Below, in pieces: positions 50,535 through 52,146 of a DNA stretch of 52,146 nucleotides. The first letter of the stretch is position 1. The number at the start of each line of letters is the position of its first letter. Under the pieces are notes generated by a model that ran no database searches, had not been told where the DNA came from, and worked only from the letters and a program-made list of their open reading frames with translations. Origin of the DNA: Candidatus Wolfebacteria bacterium RIFCSPLOWO2_01_FULL_45_19 (lineage in GTDB: Bacteria; Patescibacteriota; Minisyncoccia; UBA6257; GWB1-45-9); assembly GCA_001793855.1 (NCBI GenBank), contig MGIR01000005.1, forward strand, positions 1 to 52,146, read 5' to 3'. A program made the translations under genes and the position numbers.

Positions 50535-52104
50535 ATATTCCGAGCTTAAGCGCTGATTTTATCGGCATTACGACTATCCTATCGGCGCCCATCCATCCGG
50601 GATAGTAGTTAAAATTAACTTCATAAGGGCCGAACCAGCGTTCGGTGTAATTGAATCTGTTCGGAGTCCATTTGTTCCAGGTCTCGTCATTTTCGGGGTC
50701 AAGCTCAAAAGCCCTGAAAACCGCGAGGCCGTCCGGTGAAAACGATTCGCTTTTTACGTTTGGGGGCAATTCCCCGGAAAGAACCGACAATTCTTTCTGC
50801 ACCGCCGAAGAAACGGCGAATTCAACGTCTGGACGGCCATTTATATATTGCAGAAGCTGGTCGGCATAATTCGCGGTATGTCTTTCCCTAATACTTTGGG
50901 CGGCGTTAAACAACCAAACTGCGTTGGCGACAAGCATAAAAACAATTAAACCGATGAACAAAAAATGGGACGCCAGTTTCTTATAAAAATACGAAACTCC
51001 GATTGCGGCAAACATCGCGAAAAACGGAAATACAGGAAGAAAGTTCCGCACATACATCGTATTTAGAGAAATGAGAAAAATTAGAAACGCCGCAAGCGGA
51101 ACAAGAAAAATGTACGCGGTTTTCCGGTCTTCTTTAATCAAAACGTAAACTCCGACCAAAGAAGCGACGGCGAAAAACAAAGAAATAAGAAAGTAGGGAG
51201 AAAAAACGACAAAAACGAAGTACTGTGAAAGCAAAGAGGCGTGCTCAAAAGAAGTTACGGTGTATCCTACCCCATGCAGCGCATATGCTTTGAATTCATA
51301 CAAAAGATTGCCAACGAATCTCACCGGGTCGAGAATCGTGCCCGGTGTGGAAACTAGATACGCGCCGGCGAAAACAGACGCGAGGATGCCCGCTTGTTTT
51401 AAAAAGTCGGTCAGCCGCCATCCGCTCTCCTTGACATAAAAATAAAGAGCTAATGCAACAGGCAGAATAAACACTCCGCCGTTGTACAGCGTCCCAGTAG
51501 TGAGCCCGGCCGCGCCGGCCGCAAAATAAAGCCACAAGAACTTTTTTTTCTGCTCGGCGTGCCGTGTCGCGAATACGACGCCCATCATCGTAAGAACCGC
51601 GAACTGGGTCATAACTAGATGCGGGATAATCCAGCGCATATGATAACCCATCTCCCAGGAAAGGCCGGTAAGCGCCGCGGCAAGAAGCGCCTCAAAATGG
51701 TTATTTCTTAACCGCAGAACAAGAAAATAAATCCACAAAACCGACAACGCGGACACCGCGATAAAAATCCCTCTCGTCCGGAGCTTAAAGGCCTCGCTCT
51801 CGGAAGCGGCGACAAGCCAATCTTTAAAATCGTGCGCGATTGACTCTCGCAGGTCGCCGTAATCCACCGTCTTCAAAAACGCGAACGCGTCCGGCACAAG
51901 TCCGGTCAAAGAAAGATGATACCAAACCGACGGATAATAATAGTAACCGGGCAATATTCTGCCGTTCTCAATGGATTTGGTTATAAGAGGAACGGTAAAG
52001 GCGGTCTCGTCCCAGTGCCTGCCGACATCTACGCCATAGACACCGACAAAAAATACCCATAAAACCAAAAGGGTTATCAACGCGGAAAATATGCGTTTGT
52101 CCAT
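50503..52104 (-). CDS. Large polytopic membrane protein, GT-C-fold (ArnT/PMT-like) glycosyltransferase-like
   Basis: 533 aa with more than 10 TM segments. HWDETAF follows the first TM, and there is a C-terminal soluble domain. Its 3' end overlaps the convergent gene by 32 nt. Confidence 0.5.
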   Translation of the reverse strand: MDKRIFSALITLLVLWVFFVGVYGVDVGRHWDETAFTVPLITKSIENGRILPGYYYYPSVWYHLSLTGLVPDAFAFLKTVDYGDLRESIAHDFKDWLVAASESEAFKLRTRGIFIAVSALSVLWIYFLVLRLRNNHFEALLAAALTGLSWEMGYHMRWIIPHLVMTQFAVLTMMGVVFATRHAEQKKKFLWLYFAAGAAGLTTGTLYNGGVFILPVALALYFYVKESGWRLTDFLKQAGILASVFAGAYLVSTPGTILDPVRFVGNLLYEFKAYALHGVGYTVTSFEHASLLSQYFVFVVFSPYFLISLFFAVASLVGVYVLIKEDRKTAYIFLVPLAAFLIFLISLNTMYVRNFLPVFPFFAMFAAIGVSYFYKKLASHFLFIGLIVFMLVANAVWLFNAAQSIRERHTANYADQLLQYINGRPDVEFAVSSAVQKELSVLSGELPPNVKSESFSPDGLAVFRAFELDPENDETWNKWTPNRFNYTERWFGPYEVNFNYYPGWMGADRIVVMPIKSALKLGIFKNILLLQPN

Positions 52105-52146
52105 CTTAATTAAGCAGAAATTACTTTAAACTCCGGAAGAGGAACA

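Overview
Dense bacterial chromosome segment with small genes, the standard genetic code (TGA is used as a stop) and many ATGA or other short overlaps between consecutive genes. From gene content I infer a Patescibacteria/CPR (Parcubacteria-like) origin, with no database check: split transketolase, archaeal-type PGI/PMI, many small membrane proteins, and large ComEA/lamin-tail surface proteins. Recognisable content, left to right:
- a membrane-anchored S8 protease that runs off the left edge, with a coupled upstream partner
- a sugar-phosphate cluster (PfkB kinase, split transketolase, rpe, rpiB, gap)
- rpsF-ssb-rpsR, an ECF-type sigma module, HU and RNase Y
- four tRNAs: Gly-UCC, Val-GAC, Ile-GAU, Leu-CAA
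- dprA-topA-rel and parAB
- a thiol-redox cluster (trxB, two NrdH-like glutaredoxins, DsbA)
- a long envelope-glycan region (Wzx flippase, WbpA/B/D/E-like UDP-diacetamido-sugar genes, GT4, UbiA-type prenyl-phosphate phosphoribosyltransferase, two GT-C-like membrane proteins)

Most interesting observations:
1. A three-gene operon (21194-23179) encodes a MotA/ExbB-like channel, an ExbD/MotB-like protein with a transmembrane Asp, and a 2-TM partner. It sits in a tRNA-flanked accessory stretch.
2. Immediately downstream (20939-21095) lies a consensus promoter, a three-tier nested RNA structure and a U-tract.
3. The 266-bp intergenic region 36269-36534 looks origin-like: two perfect DnaA boxes inside a 16-bp direct repeat, an AT-rich 11-bp-period repeat and a tandem 12-mer.
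4. A 35-bp palindromic repeat occurs in three copies. The copies bracket a wHTH plus Cas2-fold gene and a 4.9-kb block that carries a 1223-aa nuclease-like/ComEA/lamin-tail surface protein.
5. Heptanucleotide tandem repeats recur in intergenic spacers and in frame inside conserved enzymes.
6. A roughly 60-nt relic copies the Fn3-like coding region next to the window-truncated end of the S8 protease gene.

All calls come from reading the sequence and the translations. No searches, folding programs or skew calculations were run.
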